From the IMG/VR virus record IMGVR_UViG_3300032007_001727: DNA of 64,000 nucleotides; one strand, 5' to 3'. Numbering within the stretch: position 1 is the stretch's first letter; the number at the start of each line of letters is the position of its first letter. Positions 29,920 through 39,747 of the stretch are shown piece after piece. This DNA is from a virus. Taxonomy: Duplodnaviria; Caudoviricetes. Both the position numbers and the translations under genes were made by a program. The notes under the pieces were generated by a model. That model saw nothing but the letters and a program-made list of their open reading frames with translations. It searched no databases and was not told the origin of the DNA.

Positions 29920-31221
29920 ATGAGGATACAGCCGAAACCGTTTTTGGATAAGTTAAGACTCAGAAACAACTCCGAGGGGGTTGAGAGAAGGAGGAATATG
30001 TCCAAGTTAATACTTGAACACGGTACCCCATTGCCGCTTCCGGTGTCATATGAAGACATTGACAATGAAATGTACAAGTGGGTCGAGGAACACATACAAC
30101 TCTCATACGGCGGCAAGAGGCTTCCGACTTATAAACTCTACAGCACACAGCGCATAAGTGAATATGTGCAGCAGTGGGACAAGCAAGACAATAATGGGAA
30201 TATGGCCATGAACTTCAAGACCATAACTCGTGAGAACAATCCTCAGAAGGGTGATAACCAAGGGAATTATTTCAACATACCCGGACATAAGGATTTTGCA
30301 ATGTTCTACGTACCGGTGCTTCAAGAGAACGGCACAGAGGCATATGATAAATACACGATGAAGCAGCCGTTCCAAGTCAATTTCGTATATTCCGTCTCTA
30401 TTGTCTCGAACAAGATGGAGGTGATAAATGAAATGAATGAACTGATGCATTATGAATTTAATGCCATCGACTGCTATATCTCCCCAAACGGACATCCCAT
30501 GTCAATGATATTGGAGGACGTGTCCGACAATTCAGAGTATTCCATTTCGGACAGAAAGTATTATTCTCAGACCTATAAGATTAAGGTAAGGGGTTACATC
30601 ATAAGAAAAGAGGATTTCAAGGTCGAGAGGATACCGTCTAGGCTACTTATATCCGTTAGGGACTCAGACGCTAGCGGAATTGTCAACAGAAGGGGAAAGA
30701 ACAGAAGAGAAGAGGACAAGGTGAAGTTCATCAACGTAACTAGGGAAGAGGAACAGAGGTTCAATATTCACACATTGGAGGATGATGAGAACTGTCCAAA
30801 GAGGGATATGCTTCCCACTGAGAAGCCGTCTGAAATCCGTGAGGAAACCTATGACGCGGATGACTGCTGTGAAAAAGGCGAGCCGAACTATTACAACAAG
30901 ATTATGAAGATTATCATGAACTTTGACTGTGTTACCGAATTGGAGTTTGAAATCGACAAGGACATGGTCCTTGAGTCTGTTGAGACAAAGAATGTCTTCG
31001 ACTTCAGACTCTTGGTCAATGACGAAGTGATGAACTTGGACAATGAGATAAAGTTCATGGACGGTGACAAGATAAACGTGAGGATAACGAAGGATGACTT
31101 TGAGGCAAAGTCAGAGGTCACACTAGTCGGATATGACCCCAATGTTGCCATTGAGAACAAACTTGCCGAAGTCTCCATCGATGACCCGATAGATGAGGAG
31201 GATATTCTTGTAAATCCGTAG
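29920..31221 (+). CDS. Putative neck/tail-terminator (gp15-like) protein
   Basis: Position in the virion module and general resemblance only (inference). Confidence 0.45.
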   Translation: MRIQPKPFLDKLRLRNNSEGVERRRNMSKLILEHGTPLPLPVSYEDIDNEMYKWVEEHIQLSYGGKRLPTYKLYSTQRISEYVQQWDKQDNNGNMAMNFKTITRENNPQKGDNQGNYFNIPGHKDFAMFYVPVLQENGTEAYDKYTMKQPFQVNFVYSVSIVSNKMEVINEMNELMHYEFNAIDCYISPNGHPMSMILEDVSDNSEYSISDRKYYSQTYKIKVRGYIIRKEDFKVERIPSRLLISVRDSDASGIVNRRGKNRREEDKVKFINVTREEEQRFNIHTLEDDENCPKRDMLPTEKPSEIREETYDADDCCEKGEPNYYNKIMKIIMNFDCVTELEFEIDKDMVLESVETKNVFDFRLLVNDEVMNLDNEIKFMDGDKINVRITKDDFEAKSEVTLVGYDPNVAIENKLAEVSIDDPIDEEDILVNP

Positions 31222-31251
31222 AAAATAACTTGATAAATACATAAAAACAAT

Positions 31252-31668
31252 ATGAAAAGAAGAATTAGATTAACAGAAAGTGACCTTCACAAGATTGTGA
31301 GAGAATCAGTGAACAAGGTATTGAATGAAATGGGGGATACTGAAAATGGACAATCTGTGGACGAATTTAGTTATAGTGATTCAGAGGACTTGGGTAAAGG
31401 TAAACATAGACAAACCATTATATATAACGGTAAAGAAATAGGATATTTGCTGTCCATTGAAAAAAACTGGCTTGCCCCAATTGAAGAAATATACCTATTA
31501 CCGGATATTGAATACGGAATGGAACCAAGCAGTGGAGGCGGTTTGCTTGATGGGAAAAAAGGATGGATAGACTTTAAAAGATTTACTAATTATGATGAAG
31601 CATTTAGATATGCATCACAAAACTTTGAAGAACTTGCGTATTTGTTTGAATACGGGGACTACGATTAA
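31252..31668 (+). CDS. Leader-cargo protein (MKRRIRLTESDLHKIVRESVNKVLNE...)
   Basis: Leader nearly identical to that of 42412..42765. Confidence 0.8.
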   Translation: MKRRIRLTESDLHKIVRESVNKVLNEMGDTENGQSVDEFSYSDSEDLGKGKHRQTIIYNGKEIGYLLSIEKNWLAPIEEIYLLPDIEYGMEPSSGGGLLDGKKGWIDFKRFTNYDEAFRYASQNFEELAYLFEYGDYD

Positions 31669-31689
31669 GTAGCCATTGGGCCAAAATAG

Positions 31690-31718
31690 GAGCAATCAGC
31701 AATGGTTGCTCTTTTTTA
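31690..31718 (+). terminator. Intrinsic terminator
   Basis: GAGCAATCA-GCAA-TGGTTGCTC followed by Ts. Confidence 0.75.
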
Positions 31719-31803
31719 GGCACTTTATATAGTTACCGAAATTTTTTTTATTAAACCACTTGAATTTTTATAAAAAATTATTATTTTTTATAAAAATTAA
31801 TAT

Positions 31804-32244
31804 ATGAGAAGATTAAACAAGGAATATAATTTAAACGTGTGCAACCACATGGTTGTGAAATATGGCAGCGTTAACAGAGATAACCCTCAAGTGGTGTACA
31901 TAACAGCAAAGTGTTGGGTGACCGCACCGGACACGGAAAAGGACTATAAGGCAATTATCAGAAATATTGAACATAAGGTGAGGAAGAATATTCAGATATT
32001 CTTCACGGACGGAATAGATTTCCAAAAGAAATACATATTGGACTTTGACGTTAACACGGACTCCATGAACAACTCAAAGAAATTCTTGTCACTTGGAATA
32101 TATCTAAGACAGAACGACAATGCGATGAAGCAACTCAAGGATGTGGGCAATTTTATATACAACAAGACAAGTTCTGTTATAAACAGTTTGGTCTATTCAT
32201 TGCATGAAAACGGCTTCTTGGTTGACAAAACAAAGAAATCGTGA
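31804..32244 (+). CDS. Hypothetical protein
   Basis: 146-aa ORF. Confidence 0.7.
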   Translation: MRRLNKEYNLNVCNHMVVKYGSVNRDNPQVVYITAKCWVTAPDTEKDYKAIIRNIEHKVRKNIQIFFTDGIDFQKKYILDFDVNTDSMNNSKKFLSLGIYLRQNDNAMKQLKDVGNFIYNKTSSVINSLVYSLHENGFLVDKTKKS

Positions 32245-32273
32245 TATTTATTATTAAAATTTACAAATATAAT

Positions 32274-32585
32274 ATGAAAAAGATAATTAGATTGACGGAA
32301 TCAGAGTTGAATACTCTGATTGGAAACTCCGTAAAAAGGATATTAAGGGAAGAAGTGTTGGGTGACAATTGGAATGTGAATGATATAGAAGATGAAGGTA
32401 AAAATAACCAAGTTTTAAACAACTATGAAGCGGGTGAGTACTTTAAAGACGAAGCCAATAACGATAACCATGACCAAAGCGTTGTGGGCAACGACCCGTA
32501 TGACCCTACTGAATATGGCAATGATTCTGTGAATGACAATGTAGATTTGGGTGATGGAAATTTATATTATAACCAAGACTTTTAA
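32274..32585 (+). CDS. Leader-cargo acidic protein (MKKIIRLTESELNTLIGNSVKRILRE...)
   Basis: Same leader family; late motif at 32244. Confidence 0.75.
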   Translation: MKKIIRLTESELNTLIGNSVKRILREEVLGDNWNVNDIEDEGKNNQVLNNYEAGEYFKDEANNDNHDQSVVGNDPYDPTEYGNDSVNDNVDLGDGNLYYNQDF

Positions 32586-32589
32586 AGAC

Positions 32590-32760
32590 TAGATTCTTTT
32601 TAGCAACATCTCATTATTGAAGAATCCCCCGTTGCGGCTACAACGAGGTAGAGCCACTTGGATTTAATCTGCGAGTGTGGGCGATAGGCATTAGCCTATC
32701 TTTTTCATAAGGTCAATAACCCTACGTCTCCATTTATTTCCATTTGCTGACAAGTCAGCG
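32590..32760. ncRNA. Candidate structured RNA
   Basis: At least four hairpins in a relatively GC-rich spacer with no long ORF; TAATTTTG promoter-like element on minus strand at 32764-32771. Confidence 0.35.
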
Positions 32761-32773
32761 TGGCAAAATTACA

Positions 32774-32812
32774 AAAAATCCACTGAGATACTTTACACCT
32801 CGGTGGATTTTT
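32774..32812. terminator. Bidirectional terminator
   Basis: AAAAATCCACTGAG...CTCGGTGGATTTTT. Confidence 0.7.
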
Positions 32813-32896
32813 AACTTTAATGGAATTATTTAGAGTCAACAAGTATATAGTTACCTATTCTTATTAATAAACAAAAAAAAATCGTAACTTTTAAGG

Positions 32897-33595
32897 TTAC
32901 GATTTTAAAATATTTTTGATTTTTTCAATTTTTTCATTTATCGGTTTTATATTTGACATTGTTTTACTTTCTACATATGGTGCCAATGCATCCTCGCCTT
33001 CGGCAGATATGTATGCATTGGGCGTGCTCGGGTCACTAACAATGTCAAAGCCTATCAGTTCAAAGTCATCACCGACAATCTGCTGTCCAAGTTTCTGTTC
33101 AACAGAACCGACACCTCTTGAGGACACGCCTATCTTCCAACCGTTAAGCAGCAGTTGTGCAGCATCGTCTCCTCTAGATGATATAATGCCGTATTTTCTG
33201 AATCCTTCCGTAACATTTAGTTCCATTTTCCCCACCAAGGTCTGTCCGACCCAATGGAGTTCTATGATGTTGTGCGATATTCTCCCAAGGTCTATTGTAC
33301 TGTCTGCGGGGTGGTTCAATTCAGCCATTGCCCTTCTGTCGTTTATCTTCTCTTGGTACATTTCAACTTGTTTCTTCAATACACTCTCCGGGTATATTCT
33401 TCCGTTTGCATTCTTAATACCAAATTTCTGAAATACGGCATCAACTATAAATGGTTTCGGTACAAACCATTCATCATCGCCGATTCCTTCCCTTAACCGT
33501 TTTGATTTATTTAATTGTACGTAGCCGTCATTCTCAATCAATATGCCGTATCCGGTTTTTCCCTCTTTTATAACTTGTAGTTCACTTTTATTCAT
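32897..33595 (-). CDS. Prohead core protease (T4 gp21-like)
   Basis: KNANGRIYP, AELNHP, GVSSRGVGS, FDIVSDPS. Confidence 0.93.
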   Translation of the reverse strand: MNKSELQVIKEGKTGYGILIENDGYVQLNKSKRLREGIGDDEWFVPKPFIVDAVFQKFGIKNANGRIYPESVLKKQVEMYQEKINDRRAMAELNHPADSTIDLGRISHNIIELHWVGQTLVGKMELNVTEGFRKYGIISSRGDDAAQLLLNGWKIGVSSRGVGSVEQKLGQQIVGDDFELIGFDIVSDPSTPNAYISAEGEDALAPYVESKTMSNIKPINEKIEKIKNILKS

Positions 33596-33745
33596 TTTTA
33601 AAAGAATTTTATTATAAATATTGACAAATAGTGAATATTTATTATAAAAAAATACAAAAATAAAAAATATTTTTAAAAAATATTAATGTTTTTTGTGATA
33701 TCGTATATTTATATTTAAAATAATGCATTAAATTTTTTTCTATAA

Positions 33746-35221
33746 ATGAATAAAAATATTAGAAGTAAAGTAGTCAAGAAATCTTTATTGGATTACACCT
33801 CGCTAGCCAACACTCTCAGAGAGAACACTGAAAGTGCAGTCAAGAATCTCTTGGATGAGGCCGTGCGTGATACATATGCCAAGTTATTGTCTGAAGATGA
33901 TGACAAGGACTACGAAGAAGAAGAAGTGGAAGATACCGCTTCCGATACAACGGATGATGCCGAATCAGTAGACGCTGCTACGGATGGCGTAGAGGATACT
34001 GACACAAGTATGGAAACTGACGCTGAACTAGACGATGCCGACGGTGACAAGGATGAAGAGTCATCTGAAGAGGATGTCGATGACACCTTGGAGGTTGATG
34101 ATGAGTCCGGCGATGACCTAGGCGAGGACGGTGAAGACCTCGGTGATGATAGTGATGAATGGGCAGAATTCGACAAGTATAAGGTGTCGGATGATGAGTA
34201 TGACTTCTCGAATGCGGAAGACGAGGAAATCGTAAAAGTTTACAAACTAATGAAGAATGATGACCAAATCCTCGTCCACAAGGACGATAACGGAAACGTC
34301 AACATTCAAGACAATGAAACCGGCGCAGAATACCTAATTTCTCTCGGAGGAGAGGATAACGAAATTAGTATGGATGATGATTTCGGTGCAGAAGATGATG
34401 AAGTTAATAATTTTGACGAAGACATGAACGAATCTACAGAAAAAATGTATGAGTTGGTACTAGAGTATGACTCCAACGTTGGCTACACTGATAATTATCA
34501 GAAGAAGGACGTGATGACGAATCCGGGTATGAGTGAGCCGGGAAAGAATGTAAATGATTGGGACGCAGGTGTTCCAAAGGGTGACTCCAAGCCTTGGAGC
34601 GGCTACCCAAGCAAGAAGAATAAGGCAGACAAGCCATTCAATTCCGGAAAGGGCAAGCAAGTCGAGGAAGAGCATGACATTGAAATTCAAGAAGGCACCG
34701 GTAAGAGACAAGGCAGGGATGCCCATGGTATGGGGAAGACCCATCTGCCAACTAATGATGAAGAATCCTTCTCTAAGGTGTCACACGTGGTTTCTAGAGG
34801 TGGTGAGTATGAAGGGTCATTAGAGCCGAAAAATGAAAGTTTCACAAGAAGGGCAGACAAGGCTCTTCATGAGAACAAGGAACTCAAGTCAACCCTCAAG
34901 AACGTCATCAAGTCTCTTAAGGAGGCCGCTGTTACCAACCACAACTTGGGTATGATTATCAAGTTAATCTCTGAGAATTCGACCACCCAAGACGAGAAGA
35001 AGGAGATTATCTCAAGATTCTCAAACGAGGCAAAGACGGTGGATGCTTCGAAGACGCTCTATGAGTCCATCAGCCGTGACTTGCAGAAGTCTAGGAAGAT
35101 GAACATCACTGAGAACAGCAACCTTACCGTTGAAGGCTCAAAGAAAATCAACGAGACGAAGATTTATCAGTCGCAAGACATGTTGGAGTCTCTTGACTTA
35201 ATGCACAGAATGATGAAGTAA
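33746..35221 (+). CDS. Prohead scaffold/core protein (gp22-like position)
   Basis: Highly acidic and coiled-coil; directly upstream of the MCP; many L/I-x-E sites. Confidence 0.65.
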   Translation: MNKNIRSKVVKKSLLDYTSLANTLRENTESAVKNLLDEAVRDTYAKLLSEDDDKDYEEEEVEDTASDTTDDAESVDAATDGVEDTDTSMETDAELDDADGDKDEESSEEDVDDTLEVDDESGDDLGEDGEDLGDDSDEWAEFDKYKVSDDEYDFSNAEDEEIVKVYKLMKNDDQILVHKDDNGNVNIQDNETGAEYLISLGGEDNEISMDDDFGAEDDEVNNFDEDMNESTEKMYELVLEYDSNVGYTDNYQKKDVMTNPGMSEPGKNVNDWDAGVPKGDSKPWSGYPSKKNKADKPFNSGKGKQVEEEHDIEIQEGTGKRQGRDAHGMGKTHLPTNDEESFSKVSHVVSRGGEYEGSLEPKNESFTRRADKALHENKELKSTLKNVIKSLKEAAVTNHNLGMIIKLISENSTTQDEKKEIISRFSNEAKTVDASKTLYESISRDLQKSRKMNITENSNLTVEGSKKINETKIYQSQDMLESLDLMHRMMK

Positions 35222-35311
35222 ATAAAAAATAAAAGAGAACAAAACTTATTTTTATTTATCTGTGTATTTATTTTAAAAAAATAATAAATAATAAAACATG
35301 ATATCTATAAT

Positions 35312-37336
35312 ATGAAAGAATTTTTATCAAGTGGTGTAGTTGGAAATATTGAGTACAACGCACAAAAACAGATACGTGAAAGCATTCAGAACCGTTGGGA
35401 ACAACTCGGTTTCACCGAGGGTTTACCGGATGGTATCAAGGAGAATGTCGCTACTCTGTACGAGAACGAGGCAAAGCACTTGATTTACGAGGCTACTGCT
35501 TCAGACAACAGCGGTTCGTTTGAGACCGTTGTATTCCCTATCATCCGTAGGGTATTCAGCAAGTTACTTGCTAATGACATTGTTTCGGTTCAAGCAATGA
35601 ACCTCCCCGTTGGTAAGTTGTTCTTCATCCTCCCGGTTACTTCGGAGAGAGAGTGGGAACTTCCGGAGGGTTCTACGGCTGAACCCGGTGACATTGTAGA
35701 TGGTACTACCGGCCGTCATAAGGGTCTCATGGGCTACGACCGCGTTAACCGCAACAAGGAGGGTCGTGTTGAGCCTCGCTACTATCTCCCGGACGAGACA
35801 ATCAATGACTTACAGAACGCTTGGTACATTCCGGTTCTGAGCGAGACCACAACCTATGACACGTTCGAGGCTGCTAAGGCTGCTGCTGAGGCCGCAGGTC
35901 TTACCCCAACTTCCATTCGCAGGGTTGGTCCGGAAGTGACTGAATACTTCCAAAAGAGCCTTTACGACTTGTTCTACAACGACTTCTTGTATGACAACTC
36001 AAAGGGTATGGTGACCATTAAGGTCGGCAACGCAATTCCCGTTATCATGACACCCGGCGGCATGCGTCCATTCGGTGACGGTGGTCAGTTAGGTGCTACC
36101 TATTTCAAGAGCGGCTTCGACGGCACAGTCCGTAACCTCGTTATTGAGATTGACGGTTTCTCTTCCTTCAACGCAAGCAAGTTAACCGGTCCGGACGGTA
36201 ACGAAATGGACACTGAAGGCTTCTTGGCTTCTCTTAAGGTTATCACTCAGAAGGAGTTCGCCGCTGCTGATGCTCCGGGTTCTGACGGTGTGAAGACCGC
36301 TGCCTTCCGTAAGTTTGAGTCCGTTCCTTTCCGTGTTGCAACACAGAAGTATGGCAAGGGCATTGTAGAGTATGGTTCTGCTTGTGACGCTGAGGGTAAG
36401 ATGTATCTTGAACTCGACCTCGCAAAACCTGTTATTCAGCAAGCCGGTACCATTGATGGTTACATTGGCGTAGCACCGGAGGCTTTGAATGCCGTTGTTG
36501 ACAAGGCTAACCCTGAGGCTACCAAGGAAGCAATGAAGAGCCTCTTCAAGATTGCTTGGGCACAGTATGACTCTCTCGAACTCGAAACCGAAATCGGTGA
36601 GGTTTCCTTCAAGTTGGACTCCGTTACCGTTTCCGTTGAGGAGAGAAAACTCCGTGCAACTTGGTCGCCGGAGTTGGCACAAGACGTTTCCGCTTTCCAT
36701 AACATTGACGCTGAGGCTGAGTTGACCGCAATCCTCTCTGAGCAGATTGCTGCTGAGATTGACCGTGAGATTCTCCGCGACCTCCGTAAGGGCGCACCTT
36801 GGCAAGCACGTTGGGACGTGAACGGTTGGAGACGTATGGCTGCTTTCTCCACGAACTACACTCAGAAGGACTGGAACCAAGAACTCGCAACGAAGATTAA
36901 TCAGATTTCTGCTCAGATTCAGAAGTCAACTCTCCGTGGCGGTGCCAACTTCATTGTTATCTCCTCTGAGATTAGTGCTCTCTTCAACAACCTTGAGTAC
37001 TTCCACGTGACGGACGCAAGCGCTGAGAGCGACCAATATAACATGGGTATTGAGAAGATTGGTTCTCTGAACGCACGTTATACGGTATATGTTGACCCAT
37101 ATAGCCCACATTGGTCCATCATCGTTGGTCACAAGGGTAAGAGTTTGCTCGACACCGGTTACATTTATGCACCTTATGTTCCAATGCAATTAACTCCTAC
37201 CATGTTCAATCCATTCAACTTTGCCCCGGTAAAGGGTATTATGACACGTTACGCTAAGAAAATGGTGAACAACAAATACTATGGTCACGTTCGAGTGGAT
37301 GGACTCGTTCATTGGAGTATCAATGAGTTTAGATAA
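35312..37336 (+). CDS. Major capsid protein (T4 gp23-like)
   Basis: FPIIRRV...VSVQAM..P.G, RKLRATWSPELAQDV.AFHNIDAEAEL..ILSEQIAAEIDREIL, YAPYVP, GIMTRY. Confidence 0.95.
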   Translation: MKEFLSSGVVGNIEYNAQKQIRESIQNRWEQLGFTEGLPDGIKENVATLYENEAKHLIYEATASDNSGSFETVVFPIIRRVFSKLLANDIVSVQAMNLPVGKLFFILPVTSEREWELPEGSTAEPGDIVDGTTGRHKGLMGYDRVNRNKEGRVEPRYYLPDETINDLQNAWYIPVLSETTTYDTFEAAKAAAEAAGLTPTSIRRVGPEVTEYFQKSLYDLFYNDFLYDNSKGMVTIKVGNAIPVIMTPGGMRPFGDGGQLGATYFKSGFDGTVRNLVIEIDGFSSFNASKLTGPDGNEMDTEGFLASLKVITQKEFAAADAPGSDGVKTAAFRKFESVPFRVATQKYGKGIVEYGSACDAEGKMYLELDLAKPVIQQAGTIDGYIGVAPEALNAVVDKANPEATKEAMKSLFKIAWAQYDSLELETEIGEVSFKLDSVTVSVEERKLRATWSPELAQDVSAFHNIDAEAELTAILSEQIAAEIDREILRDLRKGAPWQARWDVNGWRRMAAFSTNYTQKDWNQELATKINQISAQIQKSTLRGGANFIVISSEISALFNNLEYFHVTDASAESDQYNMGIEKIGSLNARYTVYVDPYSPHWSIIVGHKGKSLLDTGYIYAPYVPMQLTPTMFNPFNFAPVKGIMTRYAKKMVNNKYYGHVRVDGLVHWSINEFR

Positions 37337-37372
37337 ACAAAAATTATCTAACTGACTGATAATTATGTATTT

Positions 37373-37401
37373 AAGCACTCTTTTCGAAGAGTGCTTTTTT
37401 T
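37373..37401 (+). terminator. Intrinsic terminator after MCP
   Basis: AAGCACTCTT-TTCG-AAGAGTGCTT followed by Ts. Confidence 0.85.
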
Positions 37402-37556
37402 ATTTAAAAGGATAAATGGCTCAAACTAAAAAGGATTATTTGTGGGTTTGGGTTAAATTTAAAAAAGTTTTTTTAAGAATAGTGTGAAAAATAAAGGTTT
37501 TATGATATTTATTAATATAATTGTAAAAATTAAAATTAATTAAAAATCATACGACC

Positions 37557-38379
37557 ATGAAAGATGTAAATATTAATGAAATAATTGAAGACTATAAGAA
37601 TGGATTGGGTATTTATGACCTCTGTGAAAAATACAAAATTGGTAAAATAAGAGTTAAAGATATTCTAAAGGCTAATGATATAGTCATTAAAAAACGAGGG
37701 AAACAACCCATAAATGCTGATGAATTTGTTGTAAAAGATTTTAGAATTAAAAAATTTGAGGAGCATGAAGGATATCATTATATTGCTAGAGATAGAAAAA
37801 GCGGTTTTGAAACGAAGGATTATATGAATCGTGGTGGTAATTTAACTTCATACATTGAAAAGGAATATAACATATTGACTCCAACACTATATGATAGAAG
37901 GTTATACTACATGAGGACCGGGAATTATTGGTGGGAGCAATGGTTTGATATTATTGAAATAAAGAATAAAGAAACTAAAAAATGTCCATATTGTAATTGG
38001 GAAACAACTGATATTGAGAACAAAAGCGGTGCATTTTGCATTCATATGTTCAAAGAACATGGTATGACAAAAATGGACTATTTGGAAAAGCATCCGGAAG
38101 ACAGACAATACTTTTCGATGGCTAATTTGACTGCTAATTTACAAATGGAAATTGATAAAAACAAATTTGTGGTTTGTAAAATTTGTGGTAAAAAATTAAG
38201 GAGAATTTCAAGTGAGCACCTTTCAAAACACGGAATTACAAAGAAAGACTATGTTGAAAAATATGGAAAAGATGAAATGATTTGCAATGAATTCAATATT
38301 GGAAATGGCGAGGAAACTTGGCTATGACAGAATTTGGGATTGCGGCCTATTTAAATATGTGTGGAAAAAAGAAAAGTAA
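37557..38379 (+). pseudogene. Internally deleted homing-endonuclease-like gene (HTH + Zn fingers; C-terminal RIWDCG tail out of frame)
   Basis: ORF 37557..38327 with CPYC..H..H and CKICG..H..H; another frame at 38299-38379 reads LEMARKLGYDRIWDCGLFKYVWKKEK*. Confidence 0.6.
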
Positions 38380-38460
38380 TAATATAGGAGTTGAAATAAA
38401 ATATTTTCATTAAATTAAAAATCTTTAAATATTTATTAAAAACTATATATTTTAAGCGAT

Positions 38461-38847
38461 ATGACATTTTTTATTAAACAAAATAGCACACTGCCTACGC
38501 TCCGCATGGAGTTAATTGAGGACGGTAGGCATGATTTTCATAAGTTCCATGAGGCAATCCAAGGGGCTGACGTTAAGTTCACGATGACAAACGTTGACAC
38601 AAACGTTGTCAAGGTGGCGAATGCTAGTGCATATATCAAATTAAGGGAAAACGACACTTGCACCGAAGAATATGTCATCTGTTATGATTGGAAGAAGCAC
38701 GACACAAAGGAGGTCGGTACCTATAGGGGTACGTTTGAGATAACCTTTAATGATGGGTTTAAGGCAGATGACGGTGTTCAATATCCTACCGGTGTGTTGA
38801 ACATGCCAATAAGGGAAGAACTCTTCATTTCCGTTCTTCCCAACTAA
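38461..38847 (+). CDS. BppU N-terminal-like virion protein
   Basis: TLPTLRMEL...VKFTM...YDW...DT..VG.Y.GTFEITF pattern. Confidence 0.55.
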   Translation: MTFFIKQNSTLPTLRMELIEDGRHDFHKFHEAIQGADVKFTMTNVDTNVVKVANASAYIKLRENDTCTEEYVICYDWKKHDTKEVGTYRGTFEITFNDGFKADDGVQYPTGVLNMPIREELFISVLPN

Positions 38848-38862
38848 AAACATTAATGTGAC

Positions 38863-39126
38863 ATGGTTGAGCCTATATTTAAGAAGGGAGATTATATTAT
38901 TAACAGAACCGGTGGAAACATGGGTATTGTAAAGGGTGTGACCAAAAAGGGATATTATCAGTTCTCAGCCTATTGCAGCCCAATGTTCAACAAGGTAAAG
39001 GATGTTAAGGAATATAATTATGACATGCAGATAAATTATCAGAAATTCTTCGACCTTTGCACCGAAGACGAGAAAAGGGAATTTGACAAACTAATTGCAG
39101 AAAACAAAAAGAAAGGGGAGAAATGA
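38863..39126 (+). CDS. Hypothetical protein
   Basis: 87-aa ORF. Confidence 0.6.
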   Translation: MVEPIFKKGDYIINRTGGNMGIVKGVTKKGYYQFSAYCSPMFNKVKDVKEYNYDMQINYQKFFDLCTEDEKREFDKLIAENKKKGEK

Positions 39127-39275
39127 TTAGGAAAATTATCATTATGGAGTCACAAGCCGGGTGTCTTGGTGAATTCTTGGTTGAATCGCAAGAGTCAAAG
39201 TCAATTTCCGCAGCAAAGAAACTTGTCATGCAAAGGCTTGGATATAATGAACAACAAAAGGATATAGTTATCTAA
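39123..39275 (+). pseudogene. Truncated leader + ESQESKSISAAK module (50 aa)
   Basis: MIRKIIIMESQAGCLGEFLVESQESKSISAAKKLVMQRLGYNEQQKDIVI*; DNA matches the module starts at 14378 and 15644. Confidence 0.8.
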
Positions 39276-39289
39276 GAGTTGGACAACTT

Positions 39290-39685
39290 TTAAATAAAAA
39301 CAATATTCTTCATTGCCAACTTTGTCTCGACCTCCTTTATCGTTTCTCCGAACTTGAAGAATATTCTGCCGTCCTTTGGATATTCGTCATATGAGTCAAG
39401 GTTTTCCCAAGCAAGCGAGATTATGCCGTCATAGCAGTCACTTATTGAAAAACAACAATTATCTTGTATGAGGTCAAGTTTTATCTTTGTTTTGATGATG
39501 TGAACCTCGTTTATGAATTCTTCTGAAACCATGAGGTTATTGACCAAGCAAGCGGGTTTTTGGTCAAAATTTTCACCAAACACCTCATCAATGTTATCGG
39601 TGAAGATAAATTCATATCGGTAATATCCGTCATTTTCTTCACCGATTAAGCGTATAAAGCATAGATATATTTCTTCTTCCATCAT
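39290..39685 (-). CDS. Hypothetical protein
   Basis: ORF (MMEEEIYLCF...). Confidence 0.65.
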   Translation of the reverse strand: MMEEEIYLCFIRLIGEENDGYYRYEFIFTDNIDEVFGENFDQKPACLVNNLMVSEEFINEVHIIKTKIKLDLIQDNCCFSISDCYDGIISLAWENLDSYDEYPKDGRIFFKFGETIKEVETKLAMKNIVFI

Positions 39686-39747
39686 TTTTCTCTTGATTTT
39701 AAAAACATTAGCCATTCTTCTGTGGTTAACTTCTTTGGCATTGGTCT

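Noticed and set aside
32590-32760. tRNA or tmRNA in the structured spacer
   Set aside because: No cloverleaf, TTCRA T-loop or acceptor stem was recognisable; kept only as an unclassified RNA candidate.
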